From: a virus
Lineage: Duplodnaviria; Caudoviricetes
Length of the DNA: 64,000 nt
IMG/VR virus record: IMGVR_UViG_3300028172_000069
Reading direction: 5' to 3' (one strand)
Below, piece after piece: positions 26,309 to 35,030 of the stretch. Made by a program: the position numbers and the translations under genes. The first letter of the stretch is position 1, and every line of letters begins with the position of its first letter. The notes beneath the pieces are model-generated. The model had not been told where the DNA came from. It made no database searches and worked only from the letters and a program-made list of their open reading frames with translations.

Positions 26309-26766
26309 GCCAGACGCATATAACCCATGGCTCTCGTCCAGGGTACGATTGCCTACGGTTCACCCAGAACGGTTCTCTAGGTGTACCGACGCCATTGCAT
26401 GAATGGCAGACGGTTTCACTTGGTGGTAAGTTTTGCGAGTACACGGTAGCTCCCGATGGTCGAATTACCTACGTACCCGGCCTTGCGACCGACGTTCCGG
26501 ATTGCGACTGTGTTGCCGCACTCTTGGATGGACGACTCACAGTTGACGACTTGGTATTGAGCGGCCACGACGTCATGGGTAACGGCCACGTCTTTCGACT
26601 TCGAGTAGTGAACAACTACGTTGTGGAAGTACGCGAAGGTGCCACTGTCCTGTTCAAGCGAAACTGGCCACCTGCTAACCCAAAGTACCTCAGCCAGAAG
26701 GTGCGCCAGTTCAACGCTGGCATCAAAAAGGTACGCGAGCTCCTACGCGTCAGGCCTAAACGATGA
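26305..26766 (+). CDS. Hypothetical protein
   Basis: Start moved to ATG 26305 (GAGGA RBS, ATGA overlap). Confidence 0.65.
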   Translation: MSQTHITHGSRPGYDCLRFTQNGSLGVPTPLHEWQTVSLGGKFCEYTVAPDGRITYVPGLATDVPDCDCVAALLDGRLTVDDLVLSGHDVMGNGHVFRLRVVNNYVVEVREGATVLFKRNWPPANPKYLSQKVRQFNAGIKKVRELLRVRPKR

Positions 26767-26909
26767 CCTGGCTCTGCAAACTCATGGGCTGTCGCTGGCG
26801 TGAGAAGTATTACACCTACAGCGACGACCACATGTGGCGTTACACCAACTACCGCCACTTCAAATACTGCCCACGTTGTGGCAACCCAAACCCGAATAGT
26901 GAGAACTGA
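26763..26909 (+). CDS. Small zinc-binding protein, DUF1660-like (48 aa, not in ORF track)
   Basis: MTWLCKLMGCRW...YCPRCG. Confidence 0.55.
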   Translation: MTWLCKLMGCRWREKYYTYSDDHMWRYTNYRHFKYCPRCGNPNPNSEN

Positions 26910-26910
26910 T

Positions 26911-28125
26911 ATGAAATCCGTAGCCATCTTCCGCGGTCAAGCAATGGTCCCAGCAGTCGAATGGAACCGTGAGAGTTCACTCCGCCTGTTCGATGCAGTT
27001 GGTAAGTTCCGACACATGGCCATCACGCCTGAGGCGGCAGAAGAACTGCGCAAGCTCCACATCGCTGTTGACAGTGGTGTACCTACCCACTTCCAACTCT
27101 CCAAGCCTATCGTTATGAGCATGATGAACGTGGCGTCGGAGCTCATGACCCAGCGCACCTCGTTGCTGCGTATGGTGCACGCCCAGTACGGTGTGATCCG
27201 ACACAGCGACGACGCGCTCGACGATCACCAGCTGTTGCGCAAGCTGCGCGAAGCCTTCTACAACATGCCGCAGGCGATCATCGACGACCTGTGTCGCACC
27301 CTTGGCCTGAACGGTATCACCTATGCGTTCAACGCCGATAACCTGCTGCGTGAATACGCGCTGGAGACTCTGGTCGAAACCGTGGTTGATTGCTACGACC
27401 AAACTCCTCTGGAACTGGTGTTTGCAGCGCCAAGTGAAGTGCTGCAACCTGCCGACCCCGACGACTTCGAGTTCATCGAGGATGACCTGAGCGAACTCGA
27501 CGCCACCCAAGTTGTCAGCCTTGGTGCATATCTGGGCGTCGCCCGTGAAGGCATGGGCATGGACGAAGTGGTGCTGGCATTGTGCGAACTGGAGCGCGAA
27601 GTCGTGCTGGCCGCAGGTAAAACTCTCGGCTTCCTTGACGCGGGTCCTGAATTCCTGGACGACCTCGACGATGAAGACGATTTCATCGAGGACGAGGCTG
27701 AGAAGGCGCTCCTCGATCCAGCGAACGAAGACGAACCCGAAGACCCGAACGCCACAGACAACGACTCGGCAGAAGTGCGCCTGCTGAATCACCTTCAAGC
27801 GCAAGAGCACGAAGTCCTGCTGGAAGTCTTTGATCGCCTGACCGAACTCTACGGTCAAGGCATTGCGCTGTCGAAAGACGAATTGGCCACAGCGATTCTC
27901 GACCGTGCCATCGAAACTCCAAATCTGGCACAACTGGTGCTGCGTGGCATGAAGCTGTACTCGGAAGACCTGCCGTCGTCTGACACTCTGGTCACCCATG
28001 ATCTGACCATGAGCCACGGTCGCAACTATCAGGACGTCACGCTGCTGGGCGAACTGCTCGCAGTGTGCGCCTACTCGCTGAGCCACCCAGACGCTGAGCA
28101 ACTGGTGCTGGTACTCCAGGAGTAA
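26911..28125 (+). CDS. Highly acidic hypothetical protein with repeated helical modules
   Basis: Start moved to ATG 26911; D/E-rich tracts such as FLDDLDDEDDFIEDEAE. Confidence 0.7.
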   Translation: MKSVAIFRGQAMVPAVEWNRESSLRLFDAVGKFRHMAITPEAAEELRKLHIAVDSGVPTHFQLSKPIVMSMMNVASELMTQRTSLLRMVHAQYGVIRHSDDALDDHQLLRKLREAFYNMPQAIIDDLCRTLGLNGITYAFNADNLLREYALETLVETVVDCYDQTPLELVFAAPSEVLQPADPDDFEFIEDDLSELDATQVVSLGAYLGVAREGMGMDEVVLALCELEREVVLAAGKTLGFLDAGPEFLDDLDDEDDFIEDEAEKALLDPANEDEPEDPNATDNDSAEVRLLNHLQAQEHEVLLEVFDRLTELYGQGIALSKDELATAILDRAIETPNLAQLVLRGMKLYSEDLPSSDTLVTHDLTMSHGRNYQDVTLLGELLAVCAYSLSHPDAEQLVLVLQE

Positions 28126-28144
28126 ACAAATCGCGCTGTACAAG

Positions 28145-28167
28145 AGGGGAGCTTCGGCTCCCTTTTT
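28145..28167 (+). terminator. Intrinsic terminator
   Basis: GGGAGC-TTCG-GCTCCC followed by TTTTT. Confidence 0.85.
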
Positions 28168-28177
28168 GCGGTCTGAA

Positions 28178-28296
28178 TACCTTACCTATAAAGATAACCG
28201 TTAGACCACTTGCACTACTGATTTCAGCTATGATATAATGACAGCACGAAGCGAAACCGAGCTAGCGGCATACTGGTTACGCTAGTAGTTAAGGTA
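28178..28296 (+). promoter_or_regulatory. Promoter cassette B
   Basis: -35 TTGCAC 28210-15, 18 bp, -10 TATAAT 28234-39; operator TACTGATTTCAGCT 28216-29; boxes 28178-200 and 28274-96. Confidence 0.85.
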
Positions 28297-28319
28297 AGAT
28301 TAGTTTGCAGGAGAATCAC

Positions 28320-28523
28320 ATGGTCAAGCGCATCTTGGAAATCGCAGTCGTCAGCATCAACTACCGCTGCCCACACTGCAACTTGGTAATATCGCTCGGT
28401 ACTGGTGACCACCCGCTGGGCAAACCGTTCACCTGCTTCTGCAAGCGCGAGGTCCTGATCGACGAGGACACCGTGTTCCAGATCAACCAGCTCAACTGCA
28501 AAGCCAAGCTTCTGCCTCAATAA
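28320..28523 (+). CDS. Small zinc-ribbon protein
   Basis: CPHC...CFC; AGGAG RBS. Confidence 0.65.
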   Translation: MVKRILEIAVVSINYRCPHCNLVISLGTGDHPLGKPFTCFCKREVLIDEDTVFQINQLNCKAKLLPQ

Positions 28524-28573
28524 CCACCGCGCACCCGAACGCGCAAACAATCGAACATGACCGGAGAACGAAC

Positions 28574-29200
28574 ATGACCAAACGCATCCAACCACGTGGC
28601 GGCAAAGACTACACCTTCAAACAAATCGTTGAGCAACTGGACCTGCGCGATTCAGCCTGCCTGATGTTCAACGAGAACAACATGGAGCAGAACATCCAAG
28701 ATTCGCACATCAGCGAACTGGACGTACTCAAGCTGCCACACTGGGCCGACTCGCTGTGGACCTACAAGTACGAGACGGACGAGTGGATTCCTGTCTTCAA
28801 GTGGTCAAGCGCAAACACCGTCAGCATTGACGAGCTGATCGACAAGGAGCCGCATATCGACCCGTATGCTGAGCGCCCTGGTGTTCTCTGGTGCGTACCC
28901 AAGGGCCAGACACGCGAACAATACCACAAGGTGGTTGTTCCCGAAGACGGCAGTGACCCGTACATCACTGGTTACGGTTCGGATGATCGCCACCCGCTGC
29001 CGACGTTTGACGACAAGGGTCTGAGCGAGCACTACTACATCCGGCGCAACAACGCTGGACGCTGTGACTACTGCAAGGGCCAGGTAGAGCGGCGGTTCAA
29101 CTACCGTGACCCTTCCGAGGGTTGCTGCAAGCTGTACGAAGTTTGCGCGCCGTGCATCGACCGCGCACGCAAAGCCAACGCAGCGGAGTTTGACGAATGA
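28574..29200 (+). CDS. Hypothetical protein with C-terminal zinc finger
   Basis: CDYC...CAPC; GGAG RBS; CGAAC-ATG. Confidence 0.7.
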   Translation: MTKRIQPRGGKDYTFKQIVEQLDLRDSACLMFNENNMEQNIQDSHISELDVLKLPHWADSLWTYKYETDEWIPVFKWSSANTVSIDELIDKEPHIDPYAERPGVLWCVPKGQTREQYHKVVVPEDGSDPYITGYGSDDRHPLPTFDDKGLSEHYYIRRNNAGRCDYCKGQVERRFNYRDPSEGCCKLYEVCAPCIDRARKANAAEFDE

Positions 29201-29376
29201 CCCGCAGTTACATGAGAACCGTAGCGTGGTGTGCTGTCTGTGCTGCGGTTTGCTTTGCAGTCATCGCGCACACTGGGCCGATCTTGCACGGCCTGATGTG
29301 GTTCGCCTGCGGTGTTTGTGCATTTTTCAGCTTATTCTTCGGGCTGATGTTTGCGCTGATCCGAGAGCCGAGATAA
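29197..29376 (+). CDS. Small two-TM Cys-rich membrane protein (59 aa, not in ORF track)
   Basis: MTRSYMRTVAWCAVCAAVCFAVIA...FFSLFFGLMFALIREPR; ATGA overlap; GGAG RBS. Confidence 0.6.
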   Translation: MTRSYMRTVAWCAVCAAVCFAVIAHTGPILHGLMWFACGVCAFFSLFFGLMFALIREPR

Positions 29377-29442
29377 TTCCTGTTGCCCACACTGAGGAGT
29401 GGGCAGCCTGAATGAACTCTAATCCCGACAAGGAATTTGGTA

Positions 29443-29808
29443 ATGTCTGATATGTTTGGTCGCGTCATCCGCTCGCCACAGAAACGCAACGTTGGCTTGA
29501 GCAAACCGATGGAAGTGCTCAACCTGTTCGCGATTGAGTACAACGCATACCGCAGTGAAGAAGAGTCGACCGCCTTCTTTGTTGCAAACATTCGCGCCAC
29601 CAACTTGGTTGAAGCGCGACACATCCTGAAGCTGTACCTGGTCAAGCAGAAGCACGCGATCACCGCAACGATCCGAGAGTACGATTTTGGTAAGGACCGT
29701 TCGTGGCTGCGTGGCAATAAGGACTACCAGATCAAAGTCCTCGACGTCAAGCAGTACGACCGTGCGATTTACGAACGCAACCGTGAAGCCCAACTCGAAT
29801 CCATGTGA
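29443..29808 (+). CDS. Hypothetical protein
   Basis: AAGGA RBS. Confidence 0.65.
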   Translation: MSDMFGRVIRSPQKRNVGLSKPMEVLNLFAIEYNAYRSEEESTAFFVANIRATNLVEARHILKLYLVKQKHAITATIREYDFGKDRSWLRGNKDYQIKVLDVKQYDRAIYERNREAQLESM

Positions 29809-29816
29809 GGTGCACC

Positions 29817-30710
29817 ATGTCCAAGATCAAGACTCTCGAATCCATGCTGGTCAACGCCGCCGACGCACTGAACAAGGTACTTCGCCAGGTGCGCAGTGAC
29901 CAAACTCCGAAACAGAAGCTAACCAACGTCGAGGAGATTCTCGCCCACGAAGGTGTTAGCGAAGCGCTGACTTGGCACCGTGACCACAAGCGCGCTCTCA
30001 AGGCAGAAGGTGTCAAGACCGTTGAAGCGAAGGTCGTCACCTCGAAGGTCGCGAAAGAGCGCCGTGCCAAAGACGTGGAAAAGGCTGCACAACCTGCCAA
30101 GGTGCCTGGCAAGAAAGCGCTGATGGGCAAGCCGGTGTTCTTCACCAAGCGCAAGTTCTCCGAAGTGTCTCGCGTCTTCCGCCGCGGCGGTGTTCGCTGG
30201 GTAGAACTTGCCGACGGTCAGGAGTTTGAAGCCTCGATGCTGACGCAGCACTCTTCCGCCGACACGGGTGAAGCGTTTGAACTCGACCAAACACCGCGTA
30301 CCGTGAAGCGTGAGAAGAAGGCGGAACGTGCAGCGCGTGAGGAAGAAGTTCACGCCATCATCACCAAAGTCGCGGGCAACGGCGCGTATGTCGAAGCCAA
30401 CAACCTGAGCGCCTTCTGCAACAAAGTCAGTGCAGCGCTCGAAGCTGAGTACGGCGCTGGGGAAATCTCCCGCGTCTTGCTCCGCCAGTGCAAGGCATAT
30501 GTCATTGACCATCACCAGAAGGTCGACAACATGAAGCCGCTCAAGGTCAAAGGTGCTGTCGCGAAGGTGAAACGCCTGACTGTAAAAGCTATAGCAAAGG
30601 CCGACGACAAGGGCCCGAGCGCAACTAAAGCGCTCAAAGCCCAAGGCAAGAAGCAACGCAACGACCCAGATGCCTACCGCAATCTGGCCAAGGGCGTCAT
30701 GTCCGTTTAA
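29817..30710 (+). CDS. Hypothetical Lys/Ala-rich protein
   Basis: Start at ATG 29817 (GAGGTG RBS). Confidence 0.7.
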   Translation: MSKIKTLESMLVNAADALNKVLRQVRSDQTPKQKLTNVEEILAHEGVSEALTWHRDHKRALKAEGVKTVEAKVVTSKVAKERRAKDVEKAAQPAKVPGKKALMGKPVFFTKRKFSEVSRVFRRGGVRWVELADGQEFEASMLTQHSSADTGEAFELDQTPRTVKREKKAERAAREEEVHAIITKVAGNGAYVEANNLSAFCNKVSAALEAEYGAGEISRVLLRQCKAYVIDHHQKVDNMKPLKVKGAVAKVKRLTVKAIAKADDKGPSATKALKAQGKKQRNDPDAYRNLAKGVMSV

Positions 30711-30756
30711 CCAACCCGCCGTTTAGTTATCCCTACTATTTGAGGATCGAATCATG
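30709..30756 (+). repeat. Duplicated intergenic element, copy 1 (putative promoter/RBS)
   Basis: AACCAACC...AGTTATCC.TACTAT..AGGATCGAAT.ATG; 36/48 identity to the 31139 copy. Confidence 0.65.
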
Positions 30757-31137
30757 CCTTGCAACTGTGACCACATGGAACCTACCCAACGTGAACGCCT
30801 GCTGAAAGACGCGGCAGGTTACCAGATCAAAGTGCGCAACGCGCTTGGCTTGAATGTGCCGAAGTGGCTGCGTGCTGAGTCCAAGAACATCTACGCCAAG
30901 GACGAGCGCTGCGAGACGGAGCTCTGCCGCATCATCAACGAACTCTCGGCCGATGATCGCAAGGCGCTGATCTACCGCGAAGGTATGGCTGATGTTGCTG
31001 CGTGGTGGGAAAGCCACGACAAGGCCGACAAAGCCCGCGAGAAACGCGAGAAGCGTCAGCGCAAGGAAGACAAGGAGCGCAAAGAGGCGGCAGCACTGCT
31101 GACTCCTCGCCAGCGCAAACTTCTCGGCGTTGAGTAA
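30754..31137 (+). CDS. Hypothetical protein
   Basis: 127 aa; MPCNC start; charged C-terminal helix. Confidence 0.7.
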   Translation: MPCNCDHMEPTQRERLLKDAAGYQIKVRNALGLNVPKWLRAESKNIYAKDERCETELCRIINELSADDRKALIYREGMADVAAWWESHDKADKAREKREKRQRKEDKERKEAAALLTPRQRKLLGVE

Positions 31138-31138
31138 C

Positions 31139-31182
31139 AACCAACCTCCCTCAAGTTGTCCTAAGATTAAGGATCGAATATG
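31139..31182 (+). repeat. Duplicated intergenic element, copy 2
   Basis: AACCAACC...AGTTGTCCTAAGAT.AAGGATCGAATATG. Confidence 0.65.
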
Positions 31183-31620
31183 TTGACTCGTAAATCCAGC
31201 GGCTGTGTAGTGTTTCGTCACAACGAGAAGAACCAGTTGGAGGTTCTCCTTGTCACCTCCAGCAACGGCAAGGAATGGGTACACCCGAAAGGTGGTGTCG
31301 AAATTGACATGACCGAACGCGACTCCGCGGCAAAAGAAGTGTTTGAGGAGGCGGGTGTTCTGGGTAACGTCGGGATGAAGCTCGGTAGCTATCGGTATGT
31401 CAAGAACAACCAGATGCAAGAAGTTACGATGTACGCTATGATGTATACACAGGACGCTGAAATGTGGCCAGAGGAACATAAGCGTAAGCGTAAGTGGTTC
31501 AAGGCCAAGAAAGCCATGAACAAAGTCAGCGAGACGCTGGCGCCGTTCATCTGGGACGTGATCGTGGCGGTGGACGCAAACACCGCGCACGAAGCCCGCA
31601 AAGCTCGGGAGTGCGCTTGA
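31180..31620 (+). CDS. Nudix hydrolase (Ap6A/DIPP-like)
   Basis: Nudix box PKGGVEIDMTERDSAAKEVFEEAGV; VLLVTSS and WPEEHKRKRKW motifs. Confidence 0.9.
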   Translation: MLTRKSSGCVVFRHNEKNQLEVLLVTSSNGKEWVHPKGGVEIDMTERDSAAKEVFEEAGVLGNVGMKLGSYRYVKNNQMQEVTMYAMMYTQDAEMWPEEHKRKRKWFKAKKAMNKVSETLAPFIWDVIVAVDANTAHEARKARECA

Positions 31621-31787
31621 TGCTTGCCCTGTACCTCGCACACCGCGAACTGATCCTCGGTGTGCTGCTCGCTCTAGGCATTCTCGGTAGCTTCGTTGCC
31701 TTAGCCTTCGCCATGCGAGCCGGGTACGAAGATCAGCTGGAGTTTATGGACCAGATCAGCAGCAACCCAAACAAAGATAAGGACTAG
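31620..31787 (+). CDS. Small membrane protein
   Basis: One TM helix; TGATG coupling. Confidence 0.6.
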   Translation: MLALYLAHRELILGVLLALGILGSFVALAFAMRAGYEDQLEFMDQISSNPNKDKD

Positions 31788-31789
31788 CC

Positions 31790-32065
31790 ATGAAAGAGTT
31801 TCTGGAGCTGTTCAACTGGAAGCGCCGTCCCGCCACAGTGTGGTTAGTTGCTGGACCCATTGCCATCATCGGACTGTTCGCTATGCTCGCTCGGGGCGTT
31901 TTGGAAATCGTGAAGAACGGTGACTGGACCTACCTGCTGATGAACCTTGCCTTCTTGCTGATCGTTGGCGTCATGTTCATCCCAGCGTGGAAGCAATACA
32001 AGATTGCGATGAAGCGAAAGGCCGAATATGAGGAGCGCAAGCGCTTCTACGGAGTTGACGAATGA
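31790..32065 (+). CDS. Two-TM membrane protein
   Basis: Two hydrophobic helices; AAGGA RBS. Confidence 0.7.
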   Translation: MKEFLELFNWKRRPATVWLVAGPIAIIGLFAMLARGVLEIVKNGDWTYLLMNLAFLLIVGVMFIPAWKQYKIAMKRKAEYEERKRFYGVDE

Positions 32066-32442
32066 CCCTGATCCATGTTGAAGTAGACGACGCACTCGCA
32101 GCCAAACTCGACGGTGAACCAACCGTTCGTGGTCTGTCCATGGACGCTGCACTGGTAATGCTCGCCAAGCGCGCACTGCACTCGCTAGAGTTGGAGCGCA
32201 GCCCGCACGTGTTCACCGCCAAGTGCCTTGAGCACATCGAGAAGTTTGAAATCGGCCGCAAGTTCCGCTTCATCGACGCAGTGCCACCACACACGTCGTT
32301 TTGTTCGCAGGACCTGAAAGCTCTGGCCGCCGCGATCCGCAACTCACCTCTGGTGAAAGCGCACCCGCCAGAAGAAATCGACGCGCCAGGTATGCCGCTG
32401 GGGCCAATATCGTTGCTTGAACGCATTCAACCAACCGAGTAA
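32062..32442 (+). CDS. RHH plus DUF1413-like putative DNA-binding protein
   Basis: IHVEVDDALAAKL..GLSMDAAL (ribbon-helix-helix); GRKFRFIDAV. Confidence 0.45.
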   Translation: MTLIHVEVDDALAAKLDGEPTVRGLSMDAALVMLAKRALHSLELERSPHVFTAKCLEHIEKFEIGRKFRFIDAVPPHTSFCSQDLKALAAAIRNSPLVKAHPPEEIDAPGMPLGPISLLERIQPTE

Positions 32443-32448
32443 GGAAGC

Positions 32449-32859
32449 ATGATGCTTCGCAGCAAGTTCCAAGCACCGAAACAGGTGCACGCAATACGGG
32501 GAGAAATAGTTCGCATCTGCCACGACGATGACATGGCCAACTTCCGAGTCTTCGTCGGGCGCGAACTTGCAGGGCTTGCTACTGTGATGCACCGAGGCAC
32601 CGATGTGTGGATTGAGGAGCTGTACACCGTTCCTTACCACCGTCGCAAGGGTGTTGCCAGTGCCATACTCGATCATCTGGCACGCTGGGAATTCACACGC
32701 AACAAACCGCAGTACCTGCTGGTGTATATCGAGAACACCGATGCACACCGGCTTTACCTCAAGCTGGGCTTTGAGGAAGTCATGGGAAGTCAGACGATGC
32801 TCACCATGAAGCGTCGAGCCGACTACCAGCCAACATCCACAGTGGAGTTTAACGAATGA
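32449..32859 (+). CDS. GNAT family acetyltransferase
   Basis: IEELYTVPYHRRKGVASAIL (motif A); NTDAHRLYLKLGF (motif B). Confidence 0.85.
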   Translation: MMLRSKFQAPKQVHAIRGEIVRICHDDDMANFRVFVGRELAGLATVMHRGTDVWIEELYTVPYHRRKGVASAILDHLARWEFTRNKPQYLLVYIENTDAHRLYLKLGFEEVMGSQTMLTMKRRADYQPTSTVEFNE

Positions 32860-33287
32860 GTCACAAGGAAGCTGTAGACGCGCATTACGCGCCGTATTAC
32901 GAAAGCATCGACAAGGCACTCGACAAGAAAGCGGCACTCATGCCACTCCTATTCCTGACTCACGATTATCGCGAAGGCTTCAAGGCAACGATGAATCGCG
33001 AGCACCCGCGCAACCAGGAAGGCACTGCCATCCAGCACAACGTGCCGGGTACCCACACCAACTTCATCTGGCGTAACGGTGTGGGTACGGAAATGTCTGT
33101 GACCACGTCGTACATGGAGAGCAACGGGTTCATGCACATCGTCGTGCTGTACACCGAAGTCGGTCGCCCTGTCATTGTGATCGAGCGCTTCGTCGAGGGC
33201 CTGCCACCGTATTCCGCCGAGCAATCGGAGTTTGCGTGTGCGATGCTCTCCAACGTGTTTGACCGCCTCTGGCCAACTCCCGCCTAA
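32856..33287 (+). CDS. Hypothetical protein
   Basis: 143 aa; GGAG RBS. Confidence 0.7.
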   Translation: MSHKEAVDAHYAPYYESIDKALDKKAALMPLLFLTHDYREGFKATMNREHPRNQEGTAIQHNVPGTHTNFIWRNGVGTEMSVTTSYMESNGFMHIVVLYTEVGRPVIVIERFVEGLPPYSAEQSEFACAMLSNVFDRLWPTPA

Positions 33288-33293
33288 CTTCGC

Positions 33294-33315
33294 TGCCCAT
33301 TCGCAAGAGTGGGCA
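33294..33315 (+). other. GNRA-capped hairpin without U tract
   Basis: TGCCCATTC-GCAA-GAGTGGGCA, intergenic; may be a processing or stabilising stem. Confidence 0.55.
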
Positions 33316-33339
33316 ACCGAGTAACCACAGGAGAGCAAT

Positions 33340-33657
33340 ATGAGCATGACAATTTGCCCAGTCAAGGGCGCTGTGAACGGTGTGCGTTTCGCACGCTTCT
33401 TTGTCCGAGTCGAAAGCCTCGATGCCCGCCCAGTCATCTGGCCAATCCCGCATCCGTATTGGCACACTGGATCCAACGACGAAGGTTGCATTGTTTGCGC
33501 CTACGTCGAAAGCGAGGAGCAGTTGCTCGCGCAGTGGCCCGAGGCCGAGAACATCGACTGGCAGGACGACGAGCCTGCACAAATCTACCAATTCACCGAG
33601 CGCTTCTACATGCCCGAGTGGTTCAAAGAACAATACAACGCGGAGAAATCGGAATGA
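33340..33657 (+). CDS. Hypothetical protein
   Basis: 105 aa, Trp/Pro-rich; AGGAG RBS. Confidence 0.7.
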   Translation: MSMTICPVKGAVNGVRFARFFVRVESLDARPVIWPIPHPYWHTGSNDEGCIVCAYVESEEQLLAQWPEAENIDWQDDEPAQIYQFTERFYMPEWFKEQYNAEKSE

Positions 33658-34358
33658 CCATCAAGGTACAGTCGAAAGCCGACGTCACCATCAACCTGTC
33701 GCAGAGCGAAGCTGCAAACATCGCACGGCAGGTTGTCGAGAACTGTGACGACCAGAACGCTGTGGTCGACATTGCTGTCCTCGCCATGGACAACCTGCTC
33801 CAGTCGCCAAGTGGTAGCAACTTGCTGCACGCAACGCTCGCAGCCCACGGCATGGAGCTCAATCACATTCCGGGCTGGGTGGCAGACGCAAACGTCCAGC
33901 AACGCACGCCCACCCGCACTGCCCGTGCAAGCAGCAACGTGCCACGGTTGCAGCGCATCAACAAACTGATCCAAGCCTTCGAGTTGTCGGAAGGTACGCT
34001 TGCTCAACTGGGTCTCTACGGGATTACCTATGCCGACGTGACCCAAGGCAACTGGCAACGGTTCATCGTTCCGGACGAGCTGGACGATCTGTGCAAGGCC
34101 ATCGAAGAGTACGTCCTGCAGCCAAAGAGCGTCGAGACCAACACGCAGCCTGAATCGCCGCGCACTGTGATGGTCGAGATTGCACTGCTGGAAGGTTTGT
34201 TCAACGTCACGCGCAATGACTACGCGCAAGCGGGCATTGCTCCTGAGCACATTCCTCACCTGCTGGATCGCAACACCGAAGGCTACATGACCTCAACGTT
34301 GCATGATATGCGCGAACTGCTCCGCGCCCACCTGCTGACAACACTCAAAGGGGAGTAA
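33654..34358 (+). CDS. Hypothetical protein
   Basis: Start moved to ATG 33654 (GGAG RBS, ATGA overlap). Confidence 0.7.
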   Translation: MTIKVQSKADVTINLSQSEAANIARQVVENCDDQNAVVDIAVLAMDNLLQSPSGSNLLHATLAAHGMELNHIPGWVADANVQQRTPTRTARASSNVPRLQRINKLIQAFELSEGTLAQLGLYGITYADVTQGNWQRFIVPDELDDLCKAIEEYVLQPKSVETNTQPESPRTVMVEIALLEGLFNVTRNDYAQAGIAPEHIPHLLDRNTEGYMTSTLHDMRELLRAHLLTTLKGE

Positions 34359-34365
34359 CCTAAAA

Positions 34366-34662
34366 ATGGCTGAACAAGTTTACCGTCGCCGCGTAGTTGC
34401 GACAATGTACCGTGGCCAAAGCAAAGAAGTGATCCTGGTTCGTCGCTATGCCTACTTCGACACTGCGATGCCGCGCATGGTCCAGCTGGCGATCAACTAC
34501 GCCAACGAAGGCGACTTCGTGATCTTCCACAGTGATGATTACGGTGTTGAAATCGGCACCCTGCGTGTGAACCGCGGGAACAAATATGACCTGACAATGA
34601 GCGAGCTGGTTAAGGCTAGCCCGAGCTTGTTGAAGTTGATGAATGAAGGTGGTTCACTATGA
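34366..34662 (+). CDS. Hypothetical protein
   Basis: 98 aa; GGGAG RBS. Confidence 0.7.
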   Translation: MAEQVYRRRVVATMYRGQSKEVILVRRYAYFDTAMPRMVQLAINYANEGDFVIFHSDDYGVEIGTLRVNRGNKYDLTMSELVKASPSLLKLMNEGGSL

Positions 34663-35024
34663 CGTTGCCGATCGCTGTCACGCTCGACCAAGGCGTGGTC
34701 GATATGATTGCCAACGACAAGTTGGATGCCAACACTCCAGTCGATCGGGTAGTCAACCGTATCCTGCGCGAGCACTACCACGCCAAGCTCATGGCGTCCA
34801 TGCCGAACACCAAAGAAATCATCATCGGTAACCTGAAGAGCATTCAACCGTATGTGGACTTTGTTGTCACTGACGTGATGGATTCGATCCACAAACAAGA
34901 TGCGAAGAAGCGCGGCGATTACGGCCGGCAGTTGTCGCTGATGATTGCTCGGCGCGAAATCAGTGTCGTTGACATTGGTGAGAAGCGCGGCACACTCAAG
35001 GTCTACCGCAAAACTGGGGAGTAA
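34659..35024 (+). CDS. RHH plus DUF1413-like putative DNA-binding protein
   Basis: IAVTLDQGVVDMI..TPVDRVVNRIL; DFVVTDVM..KRGDYGRQLS..KRGTLKVYRK. Confidence 0.5.
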   Translation: MTLPIAVTLDQGVVDMIANDKLDANTPVDRVVNRILREHYHAKLMASMPNTKEIIIGNLKSIQPYVDFVVTDVMDSIHKQDAKKRGDYGRQLSLMIARREISVVDIGEKRGTLKVYRKTGE

Positions 35025-35030
35025 ACGAAC

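Noticed and set aside
29106-29411. 101-aa ORF-track call
   Set aside because: A different frame (29197-29376) has an RBS, ATGA coupling and a clean two-TM profile
31620-32065. Small TM proteins (also 8462, 29197, 35031) as holins
   Set aside because: Not linked to the endolysin and no diagnostic features; left as membrane proteins
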